Shown here: positions 8,014-19,571 of the stretch, piece by piece
Layout of the letters: each line of letters begins with the position of its first letter
Position numbering within the stretch: position 1 is the stretch's first letter
NCBI GenBank assembly: GCA_044229975.1
Contig: JBGARZ010000005.1
Coordinates: 128,001 to 192,000, forward strand
Origin: Polyangiales bacterium
GTDB lineage: Bacteria; Myxococcota_A; Polyangia; Polyangiales; Ga0077539
Reading direction: 5' to 3'
DNA length: 64,000 nt
Program-made: the position numbers and the translations under genes
The notes under the pieces: generated by a model
Told to the model about the DNA's origin: nothing
The model's input: the letters and a program-made list of their open reading frames with translations, nothing else
Database searches by the model: none

Positions 8014-10434
8014 CTACGACCGCGAGCGCCACGCCGTCGCCGCCGCGACCACGTAGCAGAGCGCCGCGAGCAGCAGCACCACCGAGAACCCTCCCCCCAT
8101 CGCGGCGATCATCGCGCCGACGGAGCCCACCACCGAGGCGTACCCGTTGAGCACCCAGGCGCGGGCGACCCACGACTCGCTCCCCTCGGCGTGCGGCGCC
8201 GACCCCAACGTCAGCCCGGTGGGGAAGGGCATGCCCATGAGGGTTCCGGGGAGGGCGATGAGCGCGACGGAGAGCGCGACGCGCGCCGCGATGGGCCACC
8301 CGAGGCCCGCGACGAAGACCGACTGCAACCCGAAGCGATAGAGCACCAGGCACCCGGCGACCGCGAGCGCGACGGCGGCGAGGCGACGTGGTCGCGAGCC
8401 GATGAGCGACGGCGCGAGGGCGCTACCGACGCCCGACGAGACGAGCAGCGCGAAGAGCACCACCGAGAGCGCATACACAGGGTTGCCGAGAAACAGCGTG
8501 TAGCGCGGGATGAACACCGTCTCGACGGCGATGTACCCGAGGCCCAGCGCGAGGAAGTACACCGTCCACGCGGCGCTCATCGGCGCAGCATCGGGGCGGC
8601 GTCGGCGGGCGATCCATGGCGGGACGAAGAGCAGCAGCGCGCCGCCGAGGAGCGACAGCAGGAAGGTGACGACGAGCAGCGTCTGCCCCGAGGCCGCGCC
8701 GAACACCATCTCGCGGCTGGAGCGCAGGCGCGAGAAGCGGTTGTACTCGAAGAAGAAGGGCGAGTCGTCGGTGCTCGCATCGATGCGGAAGTGGTAGTCG
8801 CGGATGAAGGCCGCGCGGTCGCGCGATCGGAAGTAGCGCTCGAACTGGTTGTTGGTGACGGGCGAGTCGGGCGACCACACGACGGCGAAGCCGCGGGCCT
8901 CGGCGTGCGCGCGGATGGCGCGGAGCTCGTCGCGGCCGAAGGGCGTGCGGCGGGCGAGCACGAGCGACAGGTCGGCCGACGCCCCAGGAACATTGCTCGA
9001 CAGGATCACCATGCGCTCGGCGGCGTCACCGAGCCCGAGCTCGCGGTAGGCATCGACCGCGATGGCGCAGAGCCGGAGCGTGTGGCGCGGCGGGTAGTAG
9101 AGCCAGCGCGTGAGGGTGAGCGTTCCGTTGGGCGTGAGGTGCTGGAGGTACTCCTTGAAGGCCTCGGTCGTGTAGAGGAAGTTCTCGCTGAGGGCGAAGG
9201 CGCCGGCCTGCGACGCGGCGTAGGTGTCGACGCCGGAGAGCTGGAGCAGGTCGTAGCGGTGCGGTGATCGCCGGAGGTAGTGGCGACCCTCGGCGTGGGT
9301 GATGCGCACCGAGGGATGGTGGTAGAGGCCGCCGGAGAAGCGGTCGAAGGGCCCGGCGACGGCGCCCATGATGTTGCGGTTGAGCTCGACGCCTTCGATG
9401 CGGGGGATGCCGAAGTGCACCGCCGCGCGCACGTCGACGCCGCCGCCCGCGCCGATCACCAGCATGCGCTGCGGGCGAAAGCCGCGCGCCCGATCGACGA
9501 GGTGGGGGAAGGCCGGGAGCAGCTCCTCGAAGATGGGGTGACGGAGGTCGGCGGTTCCGTCCGGGCGGCGCTGGGCTTCGAAGATGGAGGTGATGGCCCA
9601 CGCGTCGATGACCACGCCGACCTGCGTCGGGAGGGGCAGCGCGTAGTGCCGGGAGACGCCCCAGATGCCGTGGTGCCAGGGGTTGAAGAAGAGGTCGACG
9701 CAGGCCGTGGAGTCGCAGCTCCGCGAGAGGATGAACGCCTTCGGAACCCGCGGAAACAGCTTGGCGTTGGGCAGATAGAAGGGCCCATGCAGCGGGTCGC
9801 GACCCCACGCCGTCAGCGCCGCCAATACGACGAGCGAGCCCGCGGCGAGGCGGGTGCCCCCCGTGCGCCACGCAGCCGAGCGGCGCGCGAAGGCGAGCGA
9901 CGCGAGGGCCATGGCGACGGCGGCGGTCATCACACCACCGGCGCCACCGCCGAGGCGGTCGAGGGCGACGACGCTCAGCCCGCAGCCGATGCCGCTGCCG
10001 ACGAGGTCGGCGGCGTAGAGGCGCGCCGCGGTAGTGCCGTGGGCGGAGAGGACGGCGGCGACGACGGTTCCGCCGAGGACGAAGGGGATGAGCACCGCGA
10101 CGACGAGGGTGACGAAGCACGCAAACTGACCGGGGCTGGCGAGCACCGACGCCTCGAAGGGCAGCCGGGACGCGACGACGAGCGCGAGCACGATGGCGCC
10201 CGACGCGCCGAGGCAGAGCTTGGCCATGCGGCCGTCGAGGTCGCCCTCGCGCAGTGACGGTCGGAGCTGCACCGCGAGCCCGCCGCCCGTAAACCCGATG
10301 AGCGCGGCGGCCACCGCCAGGAAGGCGAAGTGGTACCAGATGAGCAGCGAGAACACGCGCGTGAGCGAGATCTGGAGCGTGAGCACCGACAGCGCGGTGA
10401 GGGCGAGCGCGAGCAGCGGGAGCCGGGGCTTCAC
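8014..10434 (-). CDS. Multi-TM membrane protein with spermidine-synthase-like SAM-binding domain
   Basis: N- and C-terminal TM bundles around LVIGAGGGVD, GVELN, AEGRHYL, FLYTTEAF; GTG start inferred. Confidence 0.85.
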   Translation of the reverse strand: MKPRLPLLALALTALSVLTLQISLTRVFSLLIWYHFAFLAVAAALIGFTGGGLAVQLRPSLREGDLDGRMAKLCLGASGAIVLALVVASRLPFEASVLASPGQFACFVTLVVAVLIPFVLGGTVVAAVLSAHGTTAARLYAADLVGSGIGCGLSVVALDRLGGGAGGVMTAAVAMALASLAFARRSAAWRTGGTRLAAGSLVVLAALTAWGRDPLHGPFYLPNAKLFPRVPKAFILSRSCDSTACVDLFFNPWHHGIWGVSRHYALPLPTQVGVVIDAWAITSIFEAQRRPDGTADLRHPIFEELLPAFPHLVDRARGFRPQRMLVIGAGGGVDVRAAVHFGIPRIEGVELNRNIMGAVAGPFDRFSGGLYHHPSVRITHAEGRHYLRRSPHRYDLLQLSGVDTYAASQAGAFALSENFLYTTEAFKEYLQHLTPNGTLTLTRWLYYPPRHTLRLCAIAVDAYRELGLGDAAERMVILSSNVPGASADLSLVLARRTPFGRDELRAIRAHAEARGFAVVWSPDSPVTNNQFERYFRSRDRAAFIRDYHFRIDASTDDSPFFFEYNRFSRLRSSREMVFGAASGQTLLVVTFLLSLLGGALLLFVPPWIARRRRPDAAPMSAAWTVYFLALGLGYIAVETVFIPRYTLFLGNPVYALSVVLFALLVSSGVGSALAPSLIGSRPRRLAAVALAVAGCLVLYRFGLQSVFVAGLGWPIAARVALSVALIALPGTLMGMPFPTGLTLGSAPHAEGSESWVARAWVLNGYASVVGSVGAMIAAMGGGFSVVLLLAALCYVVAAATAWRSRS

Positions 10435-10506
10435 GGCGCGGGACGGTAGGGCGAACGCCCCCGCCGGTGGTAGCGGGATATGCGCGAGAGATCGGTGGGC
10501 GTCGGG

Positions 10507-11373
10507 ATGTCTGGCCAGCGCGACCCGCGCCATGCGAGCCTACGCGCCGTCGTGAGCGAGCTCCTGGCCACCCTGCGCGCCTCCGGGCGCATCGCCGCGG
10601 ACGTCGCGATCTACCGGCTGCGCAAGCGCGAGGCGGGCAACCTCGTCACCAGCCTCACCCTCGCCTTCGCCCTCGGCCTCGGCGCCCCCGACCTCGCCTC
10701 CCGCGCGGGCTTCGGGGCGCTGCTCAACCTCTTCGTCTACCTCGTCAACGACTGCTTCGACGTGGGCATCGACCTGCGCGCGCCCGGCCGCGACGGCGAG
10801 CGCACCCGCTTCCTCGCCGAGCACCTCGGGGCCGCGTGGGGCGCCGTCGCCGCGATGGCCGTCGCGCTCCTCGCGTGGGGCGCGCTCCACTCGACGGGCC
10901 TGCTCGTCACCGCGCTCGTCAACATCGTCGTCATCGTCGTGTACTCGCGCGTGCTCAAGCACCGCCCCGGCGCCGACCTCGTCGCCATGGCCGCGTGGGG
11001 CGCCTCCATGGCCATGGTGGGCTTCCCCCTCCACAGCGCGGTCGGCTGGCGCTACGCCGGTCTCCTCGCGCTGCTGTGCATGGTCACCGAGGCCGTGCAG
11101 GTGCTGCGCGACGAGCCCTCCGACCGCGCGGCCAACGTCCGCACCACCGCCGTCGTGTACGGCCCGCGCGTCACCGCCGTCATCGCCCGAGCGCTCATCG
11201 TCGTGGCCGCCGTCTACGCCGCGGTGCTGCTGCATCCCATCGGCGCGGTGCTCGCCGTCGGTGCGCTCGTCCCCTTCGACCCCGAGCGCGCCAACGCCTC
11301 GTGGGATCGCCTGCGCGCCCTCTTCGGCCTCACCTGGCTGGCGCTGCTCGCCCTGCTCCGCTGGGGGTCATGA
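10507..11373 (+). CDS. UbiA-family prenyltransferase
   Basis: NDCFDVGID and RDEPSDRAANVRTTAVVYG Asp-rich motifs; multiple TM helices; start uncertain. Confidence 0.85.
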   Translation: MSGQRDPRHASLRAVVSELLATLRASGRIAADVAIYRLRKREAGNLVTSLTLAFALGLGAPDLASRAGFGALLNLFVYLVNDCFDVGIDLRAPGRDGERTRFLAEHLGAAWGAVAAMAVALLAWGALHSTGLLVTALVNIVVIVVYSRVLKHRPGADLVAMAAWGASMAMVGFPLHSAVGWRYAGLLALLCMVTEAVQVLRDEPSDRAANVRTTAVVYGPRVTAVIARALIVVAAVYAAVLLHPIGAVLAVGALVPFDPERANASWDRLRALFGLTWLALLALLRWGS

Positions 11374-12548
11374 GCGCCCTCCGCCCCGCGCTGCTGGCCA
11401 ACCACCACCCGCCCCTGCACGGCCTGCGCGTGCTCGCCATCGTGGCCATCGTGCAGCTCCACGTCTCCACGGGCTTCAACCGCTGGCAGCTCATGGGCAC
11501 GGGGCACCCCATCTACCGGGTCTCCATGGCGCTCTGGTTTGCCATGGACCTCTTCTTCCTCCTCAGCGGCTTCCTCATCGGCTCGATGCTGCTGCGCGAC
11601 GACGCCGCCGTCACCCCGTCGGGCGCCGCGCGCTTCTGGGGGCGCCGCGCGTTTCGCATCATCCCCGCGTACTACGTCGTGCTCACGGCGCTGGTGCTCG
11701 TCGGGCCCCTCGATGCCGCCCGTCGCGCCGCCCTCTGGCACGAGTACGCCTACGTCACGAACTACTTCGTCACCGAGGGCCCGCCCATCATGATCTGGGC
11801 CTGGTCGCTCTGCGTCGAGGAGCACTTCTACCTCGCGGTGCCGCTGCTCGTCGGCGCCCTGTCGTGGCTCCCGACCCCGCGCTCACGAGCCGCCGCACTC
11901 ACCGCCCTCTGGGCCAGCGGCGTCGTGCTCCGCGTCGCCACCGTGCTCGTCCACCACCGCACCGAGACCTTCGAGCAGCTCTTCGTCGACGTCTATCCGC
12001 GCACCCACCTCCGCTACGACATCCTCGTCGCCGGCGTGCTGCTCGCGTGGGTCGAACGCCACCACGGCCCCCGCCTCGACGAGCTCTTCGCCCGGCCCGC
12101 CGTGCGCCGCGGCGCGCTCGCGCTCTCGGCCCTCGCCCTCGTCTTCCTCCTCGTGCACCTGCCCCTGGCGACGCCGCTGCGGTGCGCCCTGGAGTGGGGC
12201 GGGCTCACGGCCGTCTTCTATGTTCCGCTCGTGCTGTGGCTGCTGCACCACCGCGGCGGCGTCGCGCGCTTCCTCGGGCACCCGGCGTTTCGCTACGTCG
12301 CCACCTTCGGCTACGGCATCTACCTCGTGCACCTCGCCGTCATCGAACACCTGCTCCCCCCGGTGCTGCTCCCTCCCATCGTCGAGTACGCCCGCACCCA
12401 CGGCGGCCCGCCGGCTCTCGGTGTGCTGTGGCTCATCGCGCTCGCGACCGCCCTCGTGCTCTCGCTGCTCGTCAGCGCCGCGCTGCACCTCCTCGTCGAG
12501 AAGCCCGCCCTGGTGCTGCGCGACCGTCTCCTGCCTGGGGAACGCTGA
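11370..12548 (+). CDS. Acyltransferase family 3 (OafA-like O-acyltransferase)
   Basis: LHGLRVLA, FFLLSGFLI, RRAFRIIP, WSLCVEEHFY, YGIYLVH, VEKP; ATGA overlap with the UbiA gene. Confidence 0.92.
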   Translation: MSALRPALLANHHPPLHGLRVLAIVAIVQLHVSTGFNRWQLMGTGHPIYRVSMALWFAMDLFFLLSGFLIGSMLLRDDAAVTPSGAARFWGRRAFRIIPAYYVVLTALVLVGPLDAARRAALWHEYAYVTNYFVTEGPPIMIWAWSLCVEEHFYLAVPLLVGALSWLPTPRSRAAALTALWASGVVLRVATVLVHHRTETFEQLFVDVYPRTHLRYDILVAGVLLAWVERHHGPRLDELFARPAVRRGALALSALALVFLLVHLPLATPLRCALEWGGLTAVFYVPLVLWLLHHRGGVARFLGHPAFRYVATFGYGIYLVHLAVIEHLLPPVLLPPIVEYARTHGGPPALGVLWLIALATALVLSLLVSAALHLLVEKPALVLRDRLLPGER

Positions 12549-12556
12549 GGGTCCCG

Positions 12557-14269
12557 ATGCCCGGTCGCACCCGGTCGGCGCTCGCCTTCGCGGCCACCCT
12601 GCTCGGCGCGCTCGCGCTGCACCTCCCGTCGCTGCGCGTCCCGGCCGCGCTCGACGACCTCGTGCAGCACGCGATGCTCCGCGGCCGCTACCCGGTCGCC
12701 CGCGCGCCGTGGGCCCTCTACGACTTCATCCGCGACACGCCCGCCGAGCACGACGCCCTCCGCCGCGCCGGGATGCTCCCCTGGTGGCACGACCCGCACT
12801 TCCGCCTGACCATGTTTCGCCCGCTCGCGAGCCTCCTGCGCACGGCCGACGACCACCTCTTCGGCGACCGCCCCGTCGCGCTCCACATCGAGTCCCTCGG
12901 GTGGTTCGCGCTCACCCTCGGGCTCGCGTGGGCCGTCTTCCGCCGCCTGCTCGGTCCGCGCGCCGCGCTGCTCGCGGTCGCCCTCCTCGGCGCCTCGCCC
13001 CGCTTCGTGATGCCCCTCGGCTGGATCGCCAACCGCTGCGCCCTCACCGCCTTCGCCTTCGCGCTCGCCGCCGTGCTCGGATACCTCCGCTGGCGCGACG
13101 AGCCCCGTCCCGCCACCGCCGCGCTCACCGTCGCCGCTGCCGCCGCCGCGCTGCTCTCGGCCGAGTACGCGCTCGGCGTCCTCGCGATCATCCCCGTCCT
13201 CGCGCTCGTCGACCGGCGCGCCCGACGCGCCACCTTCGTCGCCTCGGCCTGCGTGCTCGCGGCCTACCTTGCCGCTCGCCTCGCGACCCACGCGGGCGTC
13301 CACGGCTCGTCGCTGTACGCCGATCCCCTCGCCGACCCCATCGCCTTCGCGCGCCAGGCCCCCGCGCGCTTCGCCGCCCTCAGCCTCGCGACGCTCACCG
13401 GCGCCGACATCGACCTCGGGCTCCCGGTGCTCCCGTCGCTCGCCGCGTACGTCTGCGTGCTCTCTCCCCTCGCCGCCCTCGCCGCCACCCGCTTCGGAAC
13501 ATCCTCCACCCGCCGCGCATCCGCGGTGCTCTCCGTGACGACGGTGCTCGCGCTCGCGTCGGTCACCGGCGGCTCCTGGGGAACCTCCCGCCTCGTCGCC
13601 GCCGCCTCGCTGTGGCTCGCCCCGCTCGTCGCCGCGCTCGCGGCCGAGGCCGTCGCCGCCGCGCGCGAACGACGCCCCTTCGCGCTCGCCCTCGCGCCCT
13701 TCGCGCTCCTCCTCGTCTACGCCCACGGCCCCCACGCGGTGGCCTCGACGGCGCGGGGCTACGCGGTGCTCGTCGATCGGTACCAGGCGAGCGTCGACGA
13801 CGGCCTCAACCTCGCGCCGCGCCACACGCCCTTCGCCGACACGCACCTCGTCGTCCTCAACGCCGCCGATCCGCAGACCCTCTACTTCGGTCGCACCACC
13901 CGCCTCGCGTGGGGTTACGCCGTGCCCACGTCCTGGAGCGTGCTGGCGTCGACCGCCGCGCCGGTCGCGTTCGAGCGCGTCGACGACCGCACCTTCGACC
14001 TCTCCTGCGACCGCGGTCTCCTGGGCGGCTTCGGCGCGCGGTGGTTCACGCCCGCTCGCGAACACGTCGCGCTCGGCGCACACACCGCCCTCGACGGCAT
14101 CGACGTCGAAGTGCTGGCGAGTGGCCCGCAGGGGCCAACCCGGATTCGCTATCGTCTGGAGGGTTCGTTGGAAGACCGCGGCTGGTGGATCACCACGCGG
14201 TTGGGTGGGCGCCTCGCGAGGCTCGGGCTCCCGAGGCCGGGCGCCGTGATGAGCCTTCCGGCACCCTGA
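12557..14269 (+). CDS. Polytopic membrane protein, GT-C (ArnT/PMT-like) glycosyltransferase-like
   Basis: N-terminal TM then LDD, FRPL, WIANR and SAEYA motifs; many TM helices and a soluble C-terminal domain. Confidence 0.6.
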   Translation: MPGRTRSALAFAATLLGALALHLPSLRVPAALDDLVQHAMLRGRYPVARAPWALYDFIRDTPAEHDALRRAGMLPWWHDPHFRLTMFRPLASLLRTADDHLFGDRPVALHIESLGWFALTLGLAWAVFRRLLGPRAALLAVALLGASPRFVMPLGWIANRCALTAFAFALAAVLGYLRWRDEPRPATAALTVAAAAAALLSAEYALGVLAIIPVLALVDRRARRATFVASACVLAAYLAARLATHAGVHGSSLYADPLADPIAFARQAPARFAALSLATLTGADIDLGLPVLPSLAAYVCVLSPLAALAATRFGTSSTRRASAVLSVTTVLALASVTGGSWGTSRLVAAASLWLAPLVAALAAEAVAAARERRPFALALAPFALLLVYAHGPHAVASTARGYAVLVDRYQASVDDGLNLAPRHTPFADTHLVVLNAADPQTLYFGRTTRLAWGYAVPTSWSVLASTAAPVAFERVDDRTFDLSCDRGLLGGFGARWFTPAREHVALGAHTALDGIDVEVLASGPQGPTRIRYRLEGSLEDRGWWITTRLGGRLARLGLPRPGAVMSLPAP

Positions 14270-14278
14270 GGAGAGCTC

Positions 14279-14812
14279 TCAGCCCGGACCGCCGCCCGCG
14301 TCGGTGCCGCCGTCGCTGCCGCCACCGCCGCCGTCGCTGCCACCGCCGTCACCACCGGCGCCGCCGCCGTCGCTGCCACCACCACCGCCCATCGAGGGGC
14401 ACACGCCGGTCATGGAGATGCAGAGCCCGCTCAGGCAGCAGTAGCGCACCGAGTCAGGATCGCTGGAGGTGCGGCAGGGATCGCAGTCGAGGTCGGCGCT
14501 GCACGACGACGGGCACATCACCGGGCCGCCGCGGTCGGTCGGGGTGACGACGCCGTTGTCGACCGGACCACCGCGATCGGTCGGGGTCACGCCGCGATCG
14601 ACCGGGGTGCCCGCGTCGAAGGAGGGATTGCCCGTGTCGACGCCCGGGATATCGAAGCTCGGGAGCGCCCCCGCGTCGGTCTCCTCACCCACGTCCGTGT
14701 CGACCTGACCGTCTTCGTCCGGAAACATCGTTGCGGGGTCTTCGGCCCCACAGCCGACGGTGAGACCCAGCAGACAAAGGGAGATGGCGCGAAGAAAGCT
14801 CGATCGGCGCAT
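14279..14812 (-). CDS. Small Cys-rich lipoprotein with Gly/Asp-rich tail
   Basis: Lipobox [14 protein letters not shown] repeated twice; 8-Cys domain; GGGSDGG repeats. Confidence 0.8.
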   Translation of the reverse strand: MRRSSFLRAISLCLLGLTVGCGAEDPATMFPDEDGQVDTDVGEETDAGALPSFDIPGVDTGNPSFDAGTPVDRGVTPTDRGGPVDNGVVTPTDRGGPVMCPSSCSADLDCDPCRTSSDPDSVRYCCLSGLCISMTGVCPSMGGGGGSDGGGAGGDGGGSDGGGGGSDGGTDAGGGPG

Positions 14813-14986
14813 GGTGTCGTCACCCTGGGAGCGGAAGGGGGGTTGGCGGCTGTTTCGTGCTGACCATCGCACGAAACTGTTTCCCCCTTACCAACACGTC
14901 GTAACTTTTCCAAGCCCCGGTTGCGGCGCGTCATGGACCGGCTGGGACGGACTTCCATGCCACGCCTGCATCCCGACGCCGCTTGA

Positions 14987-16495
<1,509 letters not shown>

Positions 16496-16499
16496 CCCT

Positions 16500-19400
16500 T
16501 CAGATCACCGAGCCCAGCGAGAACTGGAAGTTCCAGATGCTCTCGTTGACCTCGGGGTAGCGATTCGGGTTGAACCCGAAGTCGATGGAGATGAGCCCGA
16601 AGGGCGAGTCGAGGCGCACGCCGACGCCGGGCGACCACCGCAGCCGGTAGAGCTGGTCGATGGGGGGAGGCTTCACCCAGAGGTTGCCCACGTCGACGAA
16701 CACCCCGAGCTGCACGCACCCGAAGCCGGTGCAGAGCGGCGTCGGAATGCGCAGGTCGGCCACGGCCACCACGAAGAACTCCCCCCCCGACGATCCGAGC
16801 AACAGCGGGTTGGAGCCCGACGGGTTGGTGAGCGCGGCGTCGATGACGTCCTGCGGGATGAGCTGGTTCTGCTGCCAACCCCGCATGGCGTCGGCGCCGC
16901 CGAGCCAGAAGCGCCGCGACGGGTGCGTGCTCTGCGCGCTCGTCGCGCCGAAGTTGCGACCGAAGCGCCCGCTCAGCATCAGCACGGTGCGCCCGAGGGG
17001 CACATAGCCCGTGACGCGCGCCGTGAGGTGCAGGGTCGTGGGCGTGAGGTTCTGGTTGTCGGCGCTCACCACCTGGAGCACCTCGGCCCGCACCGACGCG
17101 ACGAAGCCGCGCGTCGGGGAGAGCGCGCTGTTGCGGCGGTCGTACTGCAAACCCACGCGCCCGGCGGCCAGCACCGACTCGCCGTCGGAGTACCGCAGGA
17201 GCTGCTGCTGAAGCACCTGCTGGAGCGCGGTGCAGGTCTCCGGGGGATTGCCGAGCTCCTGGCAGCGCATGGGGTACGCGATCACGAGGTCGCGGATGGT
17301 CTGCGCGCCGAAGGGCTGCGTGATGACCCACTGCACCTCGCCGGTCAGGGTGACGGTGAAGTGCCGCAGCGCCGAGAAGAGCAGCGAGGCGCCAGCGCTG
17401 TGCGTGGCGATCGCATAGAACGGCGGCTGGAGCTGGCGCACCGACGAGAGGTCCACCGTGGCGCCCCACGCGGGCCCGAGCAGCGGCACCCACGGGAGCC
17501 CCAGCGACGCCGCGACGCGCCAGTTGAGCAGGTCCGAGAAGCTCGGCTGGATGCCCGCGGGGAAGGTCGGCGTCACCCCGGGGATCTGGAGCAGGTAACC
17601 GCCGCGCGCCTGGATGCCGATGGAGATCGCCCGCCCGAAGACGTTGAGGTGCGTGTACTCCATGCCGAAGCGCACGCCCTCGCCCAGCGAGAAGCCGCCG
17701 CGCACCTCGAAGCCCTGGGGTCGTCGCTCCACCACCTGCACCCGCAGCACCTTGATCGGCGCTTCGAGGTCCGAGTCCTCCAGGCCGACGTTGACGCCGC
17801 CGAAGATGCCCAGCTCGCTCAGCCGCTGCTGCGTCGCCTGCACCTCCGACGCGCGGTACCAGTCGCCCGTCGCCACGGTCATCCGCGAGCGGATCACGTG
17901 CTCCGGCGTGCGCTCGTTGCCCTCGATGCGCACCGCGCCGATGCGCACCCGCGGCCCCTCGTGCACCACCACCTTCAAGCGCGCGCGGGTGTGGTCGGGC
18001 GAGCGCTCGACCTCCAGCTCCGCCCGCACGAAGGCGTAGCCCTCCTCGCGGTACCAGGTGGTCAGGCGCACCCGCGCTTCTTCCACCGCGAGGTACGACA
18101 GCGGAACGCCCACGCGGAGATCGAGCGCGCTCGCGAGGTCGGCCGTGGCGCGATCGCGGTTGCCCTCCACCCGCAGCTCTTCGAGGTACGTGCGCGGCCC
18201 CTCGGTCACCGTGAACGTGAGGTCGACGACGTCGGGGTTGCGGTACCCCACCGGCCCGCGACGCGTGCTCCGTCGCCACAGCCGCACCGGGTTGGGCACC
18301 GCCGCGTCGAGATACCCGATGTCGCGCAGTCGCTGCATGACCCGCTCACGCGCGGCGCCGTCGACCAGCGCCTCGACGTACATCCGGCCGTGCTCTCGCG
18401 GGCCCGCGATGACGTCCGGCTCGGACGGAACGGCCTCCGACACCGCCCCCAGAAACGCCTCTCGCAGCGCGTCCTCCGAGAGCGACCGCGCGCCCTCGAA
18501 GCGCACCGTGCCGAGCAGCGCCGGGACGCCCTCGCGCACCGTCACCCGCAGCACCTTCCGCCCGCCCGGCTCGTCCACCACCTCCGCGACCACCGTCGCC
18601 TCGGCGTAGCCGCGACGCACGTAGAAGGTCCGCACCCGCGCCAGCACCGCGTCGATGCCAGCGCCGTCGAGCCCCTCCTCGGGCAGGTCGAGCGCGTCGC
18701 GCAGTGCCTCCTCGGGAAAGACCCTCACGCCCTGCCAGGCGAGCCGGTAGCGCGGCCCGGGCGTCACCGCGATGGTCACCACCGAGCGACCGCCCTCGAA
18801 GCTCAGCGCCGGGGCGGCGAGCGTCCCTTCGAGGTAGCCGAGCGCCCGCAGCGCCCGCCTCGCCGCAGGCAGATTGCCGCGCAGCCGTCCTGGCGACGCC
18901 ACGCCCCCGTCCACGACGCTCAGCGCCTCGCGCATCGGAGCGATGGCCTCGCTCGGAGCTCCGGGCCAGCGCACCTCGGACACCCGCCGCGCCGCTCCCT
19001 CTTCGACCTCCACCACGAGCACCCGCACGCTCGGGTCGTCGGTCTCCCGCCACGCGCTCGTCACGCGCACCGAGGGGTACCCCGCGTCGCGGTACGCCTC
19101 CTCGACCCGCCCGAGCGCCGCGCTCACCCGCGACTCCGTGACGGCGGCGCCCATCCGCAGCCCGAGCTCGTCGTCGACGTCCGCCTGCGCCCGCGCCGAC
19201 ACCCCGCGGATCGAATACGACTGGAGTCGGTAGCGCCGCTCGCCGCGCACCACGACCTCGATGCCGCCCGACCCGGCCCGCGCCGACACCCGCGCCTCGG
19301 CGAAGGTCCCGCTCGCGAGCGCGATGCGCAGCGCCTCCCTCGCCCGCTCGGCGTTGAACACCGTCCCCGGTGCGAGGCCGGTTCGCACCCACGGGTTCTC

Positions 19401-19571
19401 GCCGGGCAACGCGGGCTCGATGCGAACGGACACCACCGGCCCCGACAGCCCCTCGGCGACGCTGAGGGCCTCCGTCGACGGCGGCGTCTCGACCTCCTCC
19501 ACGACCGGCGTCTGCGCGCCCGCGGTCGCGCTGGCCAGCGCCAGGGCCGCGGCGAGGATCCACCGCCTCAT
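16500..19571 (-). CDS. tamA: Omp85/TamA-BamA family outer-membrane protein with multiple POTRA domains
   Basis: Signal peptide; POTRA repeats (VEGNR, IEGNERT); FWLGGADAMRGW; C-terminal FQFSLGSVI. Confidence 0.85.
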   Translation of the reverse strand: MRRWILAAALALASATAGAQTPVVEEVETPPSTEALSVAEGLSGPVVSVRIEPALPGENPWVRTGLAPGTVFNAERAREALRIALASGTFAEARVSARAGSGGIEVVVRGERRYRLQSYSIRGVSARAQADVDDELGLRMGAAVTESRVSAALGRVEEAYRDAGYPSVRVTSAWRETDDPSVRVLVVEVEEGAARRVSEVRWPGAPSEAIAPMREALSVVDGGVASPGRLRGNLPAARRALRALGYLEGTLAAPALSFEGGRSVVTIAVTPGPRYRLAWQGVRVFPEEALRDALDLPEEGLDGAGIDAVLARVRTFYVRRGYAEATVVAEVVDEPGGRKVLRVTVREGVPALLGTVRFEGARSLSEDALREAFLGAVSEAVPSEPDVIAGPREHGRMYVEALVDGAARERVMQRLRDIGYLDAAVPNPVRLWRRSTRRGPVGYRNPDVVDLTFTVTEGPRTYLEELRVEGNRDRATADLASALDLRVGVPLSYLAVEEARVRLTTWYREEGYAFVRAELEVERSPDHTRARLKVVVHEGPRVRIGAVRIEGNERTPEHVIRSRMTVATGDWYRASEVQATQQRLSELGIFGGVNVGLEDSDLEAPIKVLRVQVVERRPQGFEVRGGFSLGEGVRFGMEYTHLNVFGRAISIGIQARGGYLLQIPGVTPTFPAGIQPSFSDLLNWRVAASLGLPWVPLLGPAWGATVDLSSVRQLQPPFYAIATHSAGASLLFSALRHFTVTLTGEVQWVITQPFGAQTIRDLVIAYPMRCQELGNPPETCTALQQVLQQQLLRYSDGESVLAAGRVGLQYDRRNSALSPTRGFVASVRAEVLQVVSADNQNLTPTTLHLTARVTGYVPLGRTVLMLSGRFGRNFGATSAQSTHPSRRFWLGGADAMRGWQQNQLIPQDVIDAALTNPSGSNPLLLGSSGGEFFVVAVADLRIPTPLCTGFGCVQLGVFVDVGNLWVKPPPIDQLYRLRWSPGVGVRLDSPFGLISIDFGFNPNRYPEVNESIWNFQFSLGSVI

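Noticed and set aside
8014..10434. Polyamine pathway link between the spermidine-synthase-like gene and speA
   Set aside because: The genes are 50 kb apart and no speB or speD is present; the activity of this membrane-fused family is not established from sequence.
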